A stretch of DNA of 64,000 nucleotides, from NCBI GenBank assembly GCA_038087875.1, contig CM075995.1, forward strand, positions 434,001 through 498,000, written 5' to 3'. This document shows positions 11,696-23,440 of this stretch, piece by piece. The translations under genes and the position numbers were made by a program. Source of the stretch: Malacoraja senta. Lineage: Eukaryota. Position 1 is the first letter of the stretch, and each line of letters starts with the position of its first letter. The notes beneath the pieces are model-generated. The model was not told where the DNA came from, did not search any database, and saw only the letters and a program-made list of their open reading frames with translations.

Positions 11696-12967
11696 TATAC
11701 ACGGTTATATGGCATGAGAGAGAACTGAAATGTTTGCACATCATAGCTACTAAATGCAATCAGTGAAATCTGCTACCAAGGGTGGGCCAGAATATTTAAG
11801 TATGTCAATGTACTGCAACATGAAGTCCATCTTTAGCTCGTTCATTGAAAGGTGGGACTGCTTTTCCAAGGAAAACTAGATGATACGTCCTTGGATCCTA
11901 ACTATTTAATACCCAGTAGCGGTTTTGCAAGTTATTGCATTCCTCCAGGTGCTCCTTACAAAGCATTTCAGAACGGTACTATCAGTAGGCAAAAAGAGTC
12001 TCGACCTGAAACGTCACCCATTCCTTCTCTCCAGAGATGCTGCTTGACCCGCTGAGTTACTCCAGCATTTTGTGTCTATCAGTAGACACCATAATAGTGT
12101 CCACATGATACTGGGCGATGCAGTGGCGCAGCGGTATAGTTGCTGCCTTACAACGCCAGAAACCCGGGTTCAATCCTGACTACGGGTGCTGTCTGTGCGG
12201 AGTTTGTAGCGTTCTCCCTGTGACCGCACCCGTTTCCTCCGGGTGATCCGGTTTCCTTCCACACTCCAAAGACGCGCAGGTTTGTAGGTTAATTGGCTTA
12301 TGTAGTAGGATAGAACTAGTGTACCGGTGATCACTGGTCTACGCGGTATCTCTAAACTAAACCAGAACTAAATGGCAAACATGCAATTCACATTATAATA
12401 CAAATGATTGAATGAGCCAATTTCGGTCTGATTGGGACAGAGCGAGCCCACCATTCTTGTTAAGTTCCGCCTCTTCCTTACATTGGACCATGCCATTTTT
12501 AACTTCCAACTTTCTCAGCCAAAGGTGAAAACTCAGTAAAATGTCCCATTTAAAACATTTCAATCATGTACATAATCCTACATAGTGGCAATGCAAAAAT
12601 GACAAGGTAAACTATTTACTATAGTTACTTAAGGCAATAATTAAGTTTAACAAACGTTTTAAAAAATGTAATGATTGTTTGAAGACACTTGACTGCTGCG
12701 TGCTTCCTACAAAGAAATACTAAGTCTAAGAATGCAAATATCTGGAAAATATAAAAGCAAATTGTTCATATTATACAGCATGGAAACAGGTCCTTCGGCC
12801 CAACTTGCCCACGCCGACCAACATGTCCCATCTACACTAGTCCCACCTGCCTGCTATTTGGCCCATATCCCTAAACTTTTCCTATCCATGTACCAGTGCA
12901 AATGTCCATTAAAAGAATTTCCTAACACTGACTCATTCATGTGCGATACTTTATTTTTAAGAACTGC

Positions 12968-13244
12968 GGGCGGCATGATGGTGCAGCGGTAGAGTTGCTG
13001 CCTCACAGCGCCAGAGACCCGGGTTCGATCCTGACGACGGGTGCGGTCTGCACGGAGTTTGTACGTTCTCCACGTGACCTGCGTGGGTTTTCTCCATGTG
13101 CTCTGGTTTCCTCCCACACCCTAAATGGCTTGGTAAAATTGTAAATCGTCCCTGGTGTGTGTGTGAGGAGGATAGATCTAGTGTGCGGGACTCGGTGGGC
13201 AGAAGGGCCTCTTTCCGCGCTGTATCGTAGCTGTAACTAAACTA
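12968..13244 (+). mobile_element. HE1-type V-SINE in intron 3
   Basis: gggcggcatgatggtgcagcggtagagttgctgcc head, B box, V-domain; a second copy lies at 12113-12312. Confidence 0.85.
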
Positions 13245-13286
13245 GCTTGTAGGAAGCACTCGACCTAATAGAATTAGCTGACATAC

Positions 13287-13299
13287 CTTAGGCACTTTT
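13287..13299 (-). CDS. kif13a: 13-nt microexon (equivalent to KIF13A exon 3), encodes (R)KVPK
   Basis: Minus strand cctgctattaaAG|AAAAGTGCCTAAG|GTatgt. 13 nt, ends in phase 0 and joins in frame to the 61-nt exon to give KVPK-VFAF, paralleling human RKPPK-VFAF. Confidence 0.85.
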
Positions 13300-14088
13300 C
13301 TTTAATAGCAGGATCAGTCCACCAGAGCAGAATAAGTAAGTGTTGAGAAATGCATCAGATCCACCAGGACACAGACAAGGATTTTGTTGGGAGGGAGGGG
13401 GGGGGGGGGGGAGGAGGAGAAAAAGGAAAATAAAGTTAATTTCCAGAACATTTATCACCGAAGATCATCAGACAAACATGTATTTTCATTTCAGATCCTT
13501 TTCACTGCGTACAGAAATAAAGCCTTTGCAATGAACATTATTGAATTTATTAAACATTCTTTGCGTTCTACTGGGATGAATACGATACGATATGATTACG
13601 ATATAACTTTATGCATCCCCGGAGGGAAATTGGGCTGCGGGGATGAATAAAGTTTAATCGTATCGTAATAATAGGCAAGAAACATCTTTTTAAAAGAAAG
13701 ACATCAGCAGCCACAAGTGTTAGACTTGCTGGTGATAATTGAGCTACAGCGACTCTCAATGTTTCAGGGGACACCTAGGCAGTAATTCTATCAAGAGAGA
13801 CCGATGGGTTGGTGATCTAGAAGAGAAGTTTAATTCCTCCTCCTCCCCACTCAAATCGGGCAGAAGGTACAAAGGCTTGATAGGGCATACCATCCGATTC
13901 GGGAACAGTTTTCATCTCTGTGTATGAAGGAACTGCAGATGCTGGTTTAAACCAACGTTAGACAAAAAATACTGGAGTAACTCAGCGGGTCAGGCAGCAT
14001 CTCTGCGGAGAAGGATTTGAAGAAGGGTCTCGACCCGAAACATCACCCATTCCTTCTCACCAGAGATGCTACCTGTCTTGCTGAGTAA

Positions 14089-14292
14089 AGGGCCTGGAAT
14101 CACAAAATCCTGGGGCACCGCACGTCACTGCCTACGTCACCATGCACCATGCACGCGTAATGCATGCCATGTGCACGTAATGCACGCCATGCGCACGTCA
14201 CGTGCTCGTCACGACGCAAGCGTCGTGCATCGTGACGCGTAAATGATGTTGCGTCAATGACACGCAAATGATGCCCAAGTGGGACAGGTCCT
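14089..14292. mobile_element. PIF/Harbinger-like MITE, family A (opposite orientation to 5632 copy, left TIR partly deleted)
   Basis: AGGGCCTG...CCCAAGTGGGACAGGTCCT; flanks TAA and TTA within host ctgagTTActcc. Confidence 0.72.
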
Positions 14293-15787
14293 TTACTCCA
14301 GCATTGTGTGTCTATCTACAGTTTGATCTCTGCTGTTTTCAAACTATTGAATAGTTCTCTCATAAACTATGGGTGTAATCCTGGTCTCCCAACCTACCTC
14401 ATTGCAGATCTTGCGCTTAAAAAAAAAATTGCACTTTCTCCACATCTGCAATGCTATAACTTTGAAACACTATATTCTGCACTCTGGTATATTTTCTCTT
14501 TGCACTAGCTGTTGTACTTGTGTTTGGTTTAATTGTACTTATGGTATGATTCGACTGCATAGCAAACAGATGAAGTTCTGGCTGTATCTCAGTGCACAGG
14601 CCAATAATAAACTAATGCCAATACATAGCAACAAATGAGCGAGAGATCAGTAAGTAGCAATCTTATGGATATCTCCATTTAAATACTTGCTTCGTAAAAA
14701 TAAGGTAATTTTGTTACCAAGTTAGTCCTCAAAATGCTACCCATAGCTCATATTAACAGTATAAACTTTAACGCTGAAATAAATATAAACACCGATGAGT
14801 AGGAAGGAGCTGCAGATGCAAGTTTACACTGAAAGTAGACACAAAGTGCTGAGGTAACTCAGCGGATCAGGGAGCATCTCTGGAGAGAAGGAACAGGTGA
14901 TGTTTCGGGTCGAGAAGAAGGGTCTTGACCCGAAACGTCACCCATTCCTTCTCTCCAGAGATGCTGCCTGTCCCGCTGAGTTACTCCAGCATTTAGTGTC
15001 TATAAACAGTAATGAATTGGGGACCAAAGATGATGCCACTTTATACAAATACTCAAGTTTCTGCTTTCCACCTACTCTCTTCCCTGTTGCACCATTTGAG
15101 CATGGGAATTTATCGGACTTTACTGGCTTTACCTTGCACCAAACGTTATTCCCTTATCATGAGTATATACACTGCAAATGGCTCGACTGTAATCATGTTT
15201 TGTCTTTCCGTTGAAGATAAGACACAAAATACTGGAGTAACTCAGAAGGTCAGGCAGCATCTCCGGAGAGAAGGAATGGATGACGTTTCAGGTCGAGACC
15301 CTTCTTCAGACTGTCTTTCTGCTGACTGATTAGCACGCAACAAAAGGCTTTTCACTGTACCTTGGTACACACTAAACTAAACTGAATTGAACTGAATTAA
15401 ATACCTAACATTACATGGTTTAGATTAATTGCAAGCCAAGTTGGAACTTGGGTACGATTCCACACTCATGAATAATTACCGCAAATGCCTTTCAGCTCAG
15501 TATTTGAGGCAATACTGATCCAGCCATTACATTTAGGTCTAGCACAAAAACACTTAGTGACTTCCTGCCGATAACAGGATGCAATAATGTACAAAGTGTA
15601 TCCTTTACATATTGTTTCCTGATTGAGATACCCTGCTAAATTTAAACCATCCACGGAATCCTTGAAGCAGTGTTTCGTCTCTTTAACTTCAAACAATCCT
15701 ATAGCTTAGTTTAGCTTAGAGACTCAGCATGGAAACAGGTCCTTCAGTACACCGGGTCCATGCTGGCCAGCGTTCCATGCACACTAA

Positions 15788-16097
15788 AGGGGCTGTCCCA
15801 CTGTACGAGGTAAGTCAAGAGCTCTCCCGAGTTTTTAAAAAAAAATCAAACTCGTGGTAAGTACGTAGAATGTACGCAGCGGGTACGTCGGAGCTCGGGG
15901 ACGTCTCTTAGCGGCTCGTAACGCTAACGACAGCTACTCGGGAAACGCGGTAAGCTCGTGAAGATTTTTCAACATGTTGAAAAATGTCCACGAGAGCCCC
16001 GAGTACCTACGAGCGGCTATTACCGTAATTCTCCGAGTTCGAATCGGGGGAAACTCGGGAGAACTCTTGAATTACCTCGTACAGTGGGACAGGCCCA
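15788..16097. mobile_element. PIF/Harbinger-like MITE, family B, inside a minus-strand HE1 SINE (about 15706-16330)
   Basis: TIR AGGGGCTGTCCCACTGTACGAGGTAA/TTACCTCGTACAGTGGGACAGGCCCA; perfect TAA TSD. Confidence 0.85.
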
Positions 16098-16570
16098 TAA
16101 CACTATCCTACACACACTCGGGACAATTTACAATTATACCAAGCCAGTTAACCTACAAACCTGTACGCCTTTGGAGTGAGGGAGGAAACCAGAGATCCCG
16201 GAGAAAACCCACGCAGTTCACGGGGAGAACGTACAAACTCAGTACAGACAAGCACCTGTAGTCAGGGTCGAACCCCGGTCTCTGGTGCTGTGAGGCAGCA
16301 ACACTACCGCTGCGCCACCGTACCGCCCGCTTAAAGTTTAAAAACCTAAAGCCAAAGTGTATCTTTTGAGTTTCCGCGTCATGGATGTGAACAATGTATA
16401 ACATTGATGTACACGCCTTCTTGGAGTCCAAGTCCATAACCCCCTGAAAGTGGCTACAAGTAGGTAGAGTGGTAAAGAAGGTGTATGGTATGCTTGCTTT
16501 CATAGATCAGAGCACTGAGTATAAGAGTCCGGAAGTCATGATGCAGCTTCATAGGACTTTGGTTAGGCCG

Positions 16571-17412
16571 GACTTCGGAGCTTCTGAGGCTCCAGCCGCA
16601 GGCCCGTGGACGGTGACAGCGGGAGCTCGCGGGTCCCTGGTGGGAGACCGCTTTTCGGAGCTATCGCGGCGGAAGCTTCTCCCGCCCGAGTTGCGGGGTG
16701 GAGGGTGACCCGGAGTGGGGCCTGACATCGCCCGGCGAGGCTTTAACTGCCTCGCCGCCTGCCATCGCCCGCCGGGGGCTCCAACATCAGGACCCGGAGC
16801 AGGGCCTTACATCGCGGCGCGGCTTTAACAGCCGCGGGGACACCATCGCCCGCCGGGGGGCTATAACATCGGGAGAGCAGGGGAGTGACAAGACTTTGCC
16901 TTCCATCACAGTGAGGAGGAGATTCACTGTGATGGATGTCTGTGTGAATTGAGTTTGGTCGTGTGTCTTGTAAAATTGTTTCTTTTTGTTGTATGGCTGC
17001 AGAAACCAAAGTTCCTAACGGTAAAATAAAGTTCATTGTATTGTATTGTAAATAGTCAGATTTATTCGTCACATACACAGTAAAGTGCAGTGAAATGAAT
17101 TTGCCAGCAGCGGTACAGTAAAAAATGAACACACAATACACAATAAAAAATTTTAACACAAAACATCCACCACAGCATTCATCACTGTGGTGGAAGGCAC
17201 AAAGTACAGTCAGTCCTCCTCCATTTTCCCCCGTGGTCAGGACCATAAACCTCCGCAGTTGCCGCTGCGGGCGGCCAGATGTACAGGCAAGTCAAGTCCC
17301 GAATTGGTGCTTCCCTACCGGAGACCTACTTGAAGATGACGTAGGCCGCAGGCCGGCGGTCGGAGCTCTTCTCCAGGGATTCCCGGCAAGTGATCCTGCA
17401 TCCGGATGGTAA
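16571..17412. mobile_element. Two GC-rich SINE-like elements, tail to tail, inserted in a CR1 fragment
   Basis: CR1 LVRP|..LEYC is split at 16570/17413. The plus element ends aataaagttc(attgt)n at about 17050; the minus element ends gtgacgaataaatctgact at about 17054. Confidence 0.65.
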
Positions 17413-19289
17413 GTTGGAGTATTGCATGCAGTTCTGGTCCCAATAGGAATGATAGGAAGGATGTGGAGGCTTTGGAAAAGGTGCAACGGAGATTTACCAG
17501 AATGATGCCTGGATTAGGGGGGCATTAGCTACAGGGGGAGGTTGGCCGGACAGATCATTTTCTCTGAAACGCCGAATGTTGCGGGAGGAACTTGACTTCA
17601 AGATCCTTAACCTCACGGAATTATACCAGCCATGGTCCATAACTAAAGTGCAAAAAAACGTCACCAGGCGCAACTCTTCAATCATTTTCGCGACACTTGG
17701 TTCAACATCTGACTCATTGGGGTCTGATTCCTCAAAAGTCAAAAGCCAAGAGTGTTTTATTGTCACATGTCCTGAAATGGAACAAGAAATTCTTACTTGG
17801 GATAGACACAAAACGCTGGAGTAACTCGGCGCGACAGGCAGCATCTCTGGAGAGAAGGAATGGGTGACGTTTCGGGTCGAAGAAGGGTCTCGACCCGAAA
17901 CGTCACCCATTCCTTCTCTCCAGAGATACTGCCTGTCCCGCTGAGCTACTCCAGATTTTTGTGTCTATCTTCGGTTTAAACCGGAATCTGCAGTTCCTTG
18001 CTACAAAATTCTTGTGCAGAGGCTGTGCTATCTCTGACTCACCAAGGCCTCGAATTTCTTTTGATCCACTGTGAAAGATGCAGAAAGTCTGCCAATTTGC
18101 CAATTACCAAAGTCTCCAATGGTCTGAAGAAGGTATCCGACCCAAAATGTTGCCTGTCCATTCCCCCTTTAGTTACTGCCTGACTTGTTGGATTTATCCA
18201 ACACTCTGTATTTTGTTTAAGGTACCAGTATCTGTAGTCTCTTCTGTCTCCATTATCTGAAGCTTACTGTAAATCTAATATGGCCAAGATACTTCTGGTA
18301 AAAAATCTACAGCTAGAACTTAAAAAGAAAGCAATCCACAAAGTTGAAAGAAAGACAATAAAAAGGCTTCAGATAATGGGAGACGCGGTGGCGTAGCGCT
18401 AAAATACTGACTACGTAGCGCTAGTCCTGACTACAGGTGCTTATCTCGGGGGGTTTTGTACGTTCTCTCCGTGACCTGCGTGGGTTTTCTCTGAGATCTT
18501 CAGTTTCCTCTCACAGTCCAAAGACATACAGGTTTGTAGGTTAATTGGCTTGGTATAAATGTAAATTGTCCCTAGGGCATGTAGGGTAGCGTTAGTGTGC
18601 GGGGATCACTGGTCGGCGCGGATCTGTTTCCGCGCAGTATCTCTAAACTAAATAACAAGAATAATGAACACCAACTGATCTTGGAGCTGTATTTTTCAGA
18701 TTGCTTATTATTTTGATATTATCATTATGATTCTTTCCATAATTGTCACTGATTAAAATAAAACTAAGAAATTAAGTTTATGTGTTGCAAGTAGTCACAA
18801 TCACAGAGGAGGATCTTTCGTTTGCTACTTCATTCTTGTTTAATTAACGCCTTGAAAAATGTGAAGATAAATTAAAAAGTATATACACAAACAGTCTTGC
18901 TGCATTATCCCCTAATGAATATTGTAACAAAGATATTTTCATAGGAATTTTAAAATTGCTATAACTAGAGTAACCACCATTAAAAGATCACTGCATTGTT
19001 TTGCACCTCACAGAATTATAGCTGCCATGGTCTACAACTAAGGTGCAAAAAAAACTTCATAACACTCAATTCTTTAATCCTTTTATCTCACACATCCAAC
19101 CATCCAACTAAAAAAGATCAGAAGGGCAAAAAGGGGCCAGGAGATAGCTGTGGCGGGTAGCATTAAGGACAATCCCAAAAGATTTTATAAATACACTAGA
19201 CCAAGGGGGACCCGTTGGGTCCCATCCCCTCAACGCACGATTGCGGGGGGGGGGGCGGCCTGCGGCGTCACACACATACTCCCCACACA

Positions 19290-19830
19290 CACGGGGGGGG
19301 GAAGGGAGGGGGTTGGAGGGGGAGAGGGGGGCGAGGGGGGAGAGGGGAGGATGAGGGGAGGAGGGGAGAGGGGGAGAGGTAGGGGAGAGGGGGAGGGGGG
19401 AGGGGGGAGGGGGGCAGAGGGGGGGGAGGGAGAGGGAGAGAGAGGAGGGGGAGAGAGGGGGGGAGGGAGCGAAAGAGAAGAGGGGAGAGAGAGGAGAGGG
19501 AGAAAGGGGGGGGGGAGGGGAGAGAGGAGGGGGGAGAGTGTAGAGGGGAGAGAGGAGGGGGAGAGAGGAGGTAGAGAGGACGGGAGAGAGAACAGGAGGG
19601 AGGAGAGGGGAGGGGGGAGGGGGTAGAGGGGGGAGTAGAGGGGGGAGAGGAGGAGGGGGAGAGGAGGAGGGGGGAGAGGAGGAGGGGGAGAGGAACAGGG
19701 GGGAGAGGAGGAGGGGGAGAGGAGGAGGGGGGAGAGGGAGCAGGGGGGAGAGGAGGAGGGGGAGAGGAGGAGAGGGGGGGAAGAGGACGAGGGGGGGAGA
19801 GGAGGAGGGGGAAGAGGAGGAGGGGAGCCG
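19290..19830 (+). repeat. Polypurine (G/A) low-complexity tract in the outer Helitron
   Basis: About 540 bp almost entirely GGGGAGAGGA-type units; an (AG)n microsatellite lies at 20051-20117. Confidence 0.95.
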
Positions 19831-20049
19831 GGCGGGCAAGCGCGCTGTGAGCGAGCGGTCGACGATACTCGCAGCGCGTGAACACAACGTGCAGCCATTG
19901 TGACGTCATCAGCCAGCCGAATTGCCAAGTTATTTGTAGCTGTTGAACATTTTGATTATAACTGGAGAAATAATGCATGAATTTTTCAGATAAGGCGATG
20001 TTTGACTTCATGGGATAAATCTCTACAGGATATGTTAACATTTAACCAT

Positions 20050-20121
<72 letters not shown>

Positions 20122-20462
20122 ACACACACACACACACACAAAAGACCAGAGTTTTATAAGCATACTAGACTAAGTGGGACCCGTTGGGTCCCAGCATCAC
20201 ACGGGAGGGCTGGTCCCCCAACGCAATATTCCATCTCTCCACCGATTCCAATATGGTGGTGGTGGTGGTGGGGGTGGGGTTGGGGGTGGGGGGGGGGGCT
20301 TTCTGGAGTGCCACAATGGGTGTTGTGGGCTGAAGGGACTGGTTTCCTGAGGGCTAGTATGGACTCTGTGGGACGAATGGATTCTTGGGCTGGTGGCTCA
20401 GTCACTCAAGCCTGTTGTGCCTGACAGCTCACTCACTCACGGCTGGTGGGCTGGCAGTTGAC

Positions 20463-21199
20463 CAGGGCTCGAAATTAGAGGTTGCCCGGGTGCCACTGAC
20501 CACTCAAAGCGCCACCGAGTCATTTTGCCCGGCTTGGCAACCAGATACTGGTTTGTACCAAAGATAGACACAAAAAACTGGAGTAACTCCGCGGGTCAGG
20601 CAGCATCTCTGGAGAAAAGGAACGCAATGTTTTGTGTCGGCGGTGACGGCTGTATTGCGGGGCAAAGATACTAAGTGCGGGGTGAGGAAAGGTCGGAGCG
20701 AACGACAGGCCCCAAACAGCGGCAGCAGCGGCTCCATCTGCTCCTCCTCCCGCCCCTCGCCCGCCCTGATAAGGGCCTCTGCTTGAAAATCCGCTAATGG
20801 CGATAACCGCTTTCGAAACAAACCCTCCCGCACGCCGAGGCCGGGAGAAGGGAGGGAGGGGGAGGCCTCGGCGTGCGGGAGGGAGGGTTTGTTTTGAAAG
20901 CCCGTTAGCGGGTTTACAAGCAGAGGCCCTTATCAGGGCGGGCGGGGGGCGGGAGGAGGAGCAGATGGAGCCGCGGCCGCTGCTGCTGCCGCTGTGCGGG
21001 GCCCGTCATTCACTTCGACTCGTCTGAAGCAGCTGCACCAAAGATCTTATAGCTATAGGATCTCTGAGCTGCACCGTTCGGCCCCGCACCTTGCTGTTGG
21101 CTGGCGGAGGAGGGAGGCGGTGGCGAGGAGTTCCCAACGACCAAGGCAGCGGGGCGATGTTGTCCGAGGAGCGCTGATCTTCCTTCCTCCCCACCTCGC

Positions 21200-21239
<40 letters not shown>

Positions 21240-22742
21240 TCTCTTGTACGCCCCCTCCACCCCCTTATCCTGGGACCCCTCCACTCCATCCCGCACTGAT
21301 CCCCATTCCCGCGTCTATTCAGTCCTCACTGACATCCCCTGTGCTCCCCTCCACGTCTACCCCCCCCCCCCATCTATTCATCCTGCGCTGATCACCCTAT
21401 CCACCTCGCATTGATTCTCCTGCCACCCCCCCCCCCATCCATCCTACACTGGTTCTCCAATTCACCCTGTACTTACCCCTTTCCCATCCATCGTACTTAC
21501 CCCTTTCCCATCCATCCTGCACTTCTCCATCCATCCTGTACTGACCCCCCATCCATCCTGGACTAATCCACGCATTCATCCCGTACTGACCCACCCTCCA
21601 TTTACCCTGCACCTTCCCCCCTTCCCCTCATTCATCCTATAGTGATCCCCCATTCATCTGCACACCCTCCGATCCACACTGTACTGACCCCCCCCATTCA
21701 TCCTGCGCTGATCTCCCCCCCCCCATCCCTGTACTGATCCTCCCATTCAAGAAGAATGGGGGGAACAGTCTGAAGAAGGGTCTCGACCCGAAACGTTGCC
21801 TATTTCCTTCGCTCCATAGATGCTGTCTCACCCGCTGAGTTTCTCCAGCACTTTTGTCTACCCACATCCATCCCGTACTGACCCCCCCCATTCAACACCA
21901 CTGACATCCCCTGTGCTCTCCCCTCACAATTTTACCTACTCCATCCAACACGTACTAATTCACCTGCCTCAATCCATCCATTCTGCACCGACTGCCTTCT
22001 AATCCCCCACCCCCGCCATCTATCCACCCCGCACTGATTCACACACACCCCCCTCCCTGACCCTATTGTGCTGGAAATGTCTTCAGAGCGAACATTGACT
22101 ATGTTTGATAACGGAATGCAATCAAATGTGTTTTAATTCCCAATGTTATTATTTGTTTAAATCCATAAAGATGGATTAATTAAATTGGGAACACGTGAAA
22201 CATTAAAACCGCAGTGTTCGATTGTCACTGCTGCCGTTGACACGTTATTACAGAATTCATTTTAACGGCAAATCAATGCTCTTAATATGGAGTATCTGTA
22301 CTGTAGTTATTAATGAGCAACATTCACAACTATACGTACGCATATATGTTACCATGGTCCAGCATTTATTGACACAGGTTGATCATACGCTGAATGATCC
22401 AACCACATTTTTGTTTGGAAGTGGAAAGAACATAGAAATTGCATTCATTGCAATGTGTAAAAAGAGTTGAGATACTGTCTTATAATTTTGTTGCATGTCA
22501 TTATGGGATATATCATGTCTTGATTGGTGAATATGTTTAGTTTGTGACTTTATTTGAAGCAGAAATAATATGTGAATGCTTCATTGATTCCGACTGGTAA
22601 CTACGCACTTCGTCCGAGCACATTCTCGCACGCGTCATGCAAGCCATCTTAAATGACCACCCTAAACTGTCATTTGGCAACCTAAAAAGCTGCCTAGGTT
22701 GCCCGGCTGGCAACAGGGGAAAAAAGTTAAGCGAGAGCCCTG
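20463..22742. mobile_element. Non-autonomous hAT-like DNA transposon with 5-bp TSD
   Basis: Termini CAGGGCTCgaaaTTA and TAAgcgaGAGCCCTG; TSD TTGAC on both sides; subterminal GGCAAC/GTTGCC motifs at both ends. Confidence 0.72.
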
Positions 22743-22767
22743 TTGACTCACGGCTATTCCTTGAAAT

Positions 22768-23440
22768 TCCATTTCAAGCAGGGTGCAAGGCCACCAAATT
22801 CAAGTGCCGTTTCTTACCACTTCAAGCAGGGTGCAAGGCCAACAAATTCAAGTGCAGTTTCATACCATTTCAAGCAGGGTGCAAGGCCACTAAAGACAGC
22901 AAGTCCTGACCTCTCCCTTCTCCATTTTGCAGAGACTGAGCCCACACACTGAGCCCACAGAAACCCACACTTCTGGGTTTTATAGTCCCTCCCCCCTCCC
23001 ACCAGAAGGGGCGTGGCCTCATGTCGTGATGACAGGAGAGAGAATCTCAATATTTTTTAAACACTAATAACTCTTTTATTTTTCATCGATGGGAAAAATC
23101 TTCGGCACCTGATGAGCGGAGGTGCACTCTGAGTAAGATGGCCAAAAACCACAGCCGTACGTGGTAGCGCATTTTCTAAAATCAATATAAAGCTCAAACA
23201 GGAAGTGGTCAAGATTAGACTTTTAATTATATAGAAGGCAAGGCAGCTCTAATTAGGCAAGGCAGCTCTAATTAGGCAAGGCATCTCTAATTAGGCAAGG
23301 CAACTTTAATTAGGCAAGGCAACTTTAATTAGGCAAGGCAACTTTAATTTGGCAACACAGCTTTAGCATTTCCAAACCAAAGGCAACACAGCTTTAGCAT
23401 TTCCAAACCAAAGGCAACACAGCTTTAGCATTTCCAAACT
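22768..23440. repeat. Helitron-internal minisatellites
   Basis: 48-bp unit about 2.5 times (22768-22890); 19-bp aggcaaggcagctctaatt about 6 times (23236-23350); 31-bp ggcaacacagctttagcatttccaaaccaaa about 3 times (23351-23440). Confidence 0.9.

Noticed and set aside
18999..19050. 10-bp inverted repeat ttttgcacct/aggtgcaaaa
   Set aside because: Short and AT-rich, compatible with chance.
19108..20041. Long Pro/Ser/Leu- and Gly/Glu/Arg-rich ORFs (up to 259 aa)
   Set aside because: Artefacts of the G/A low-complexity tract, which lacks stops in several frames.
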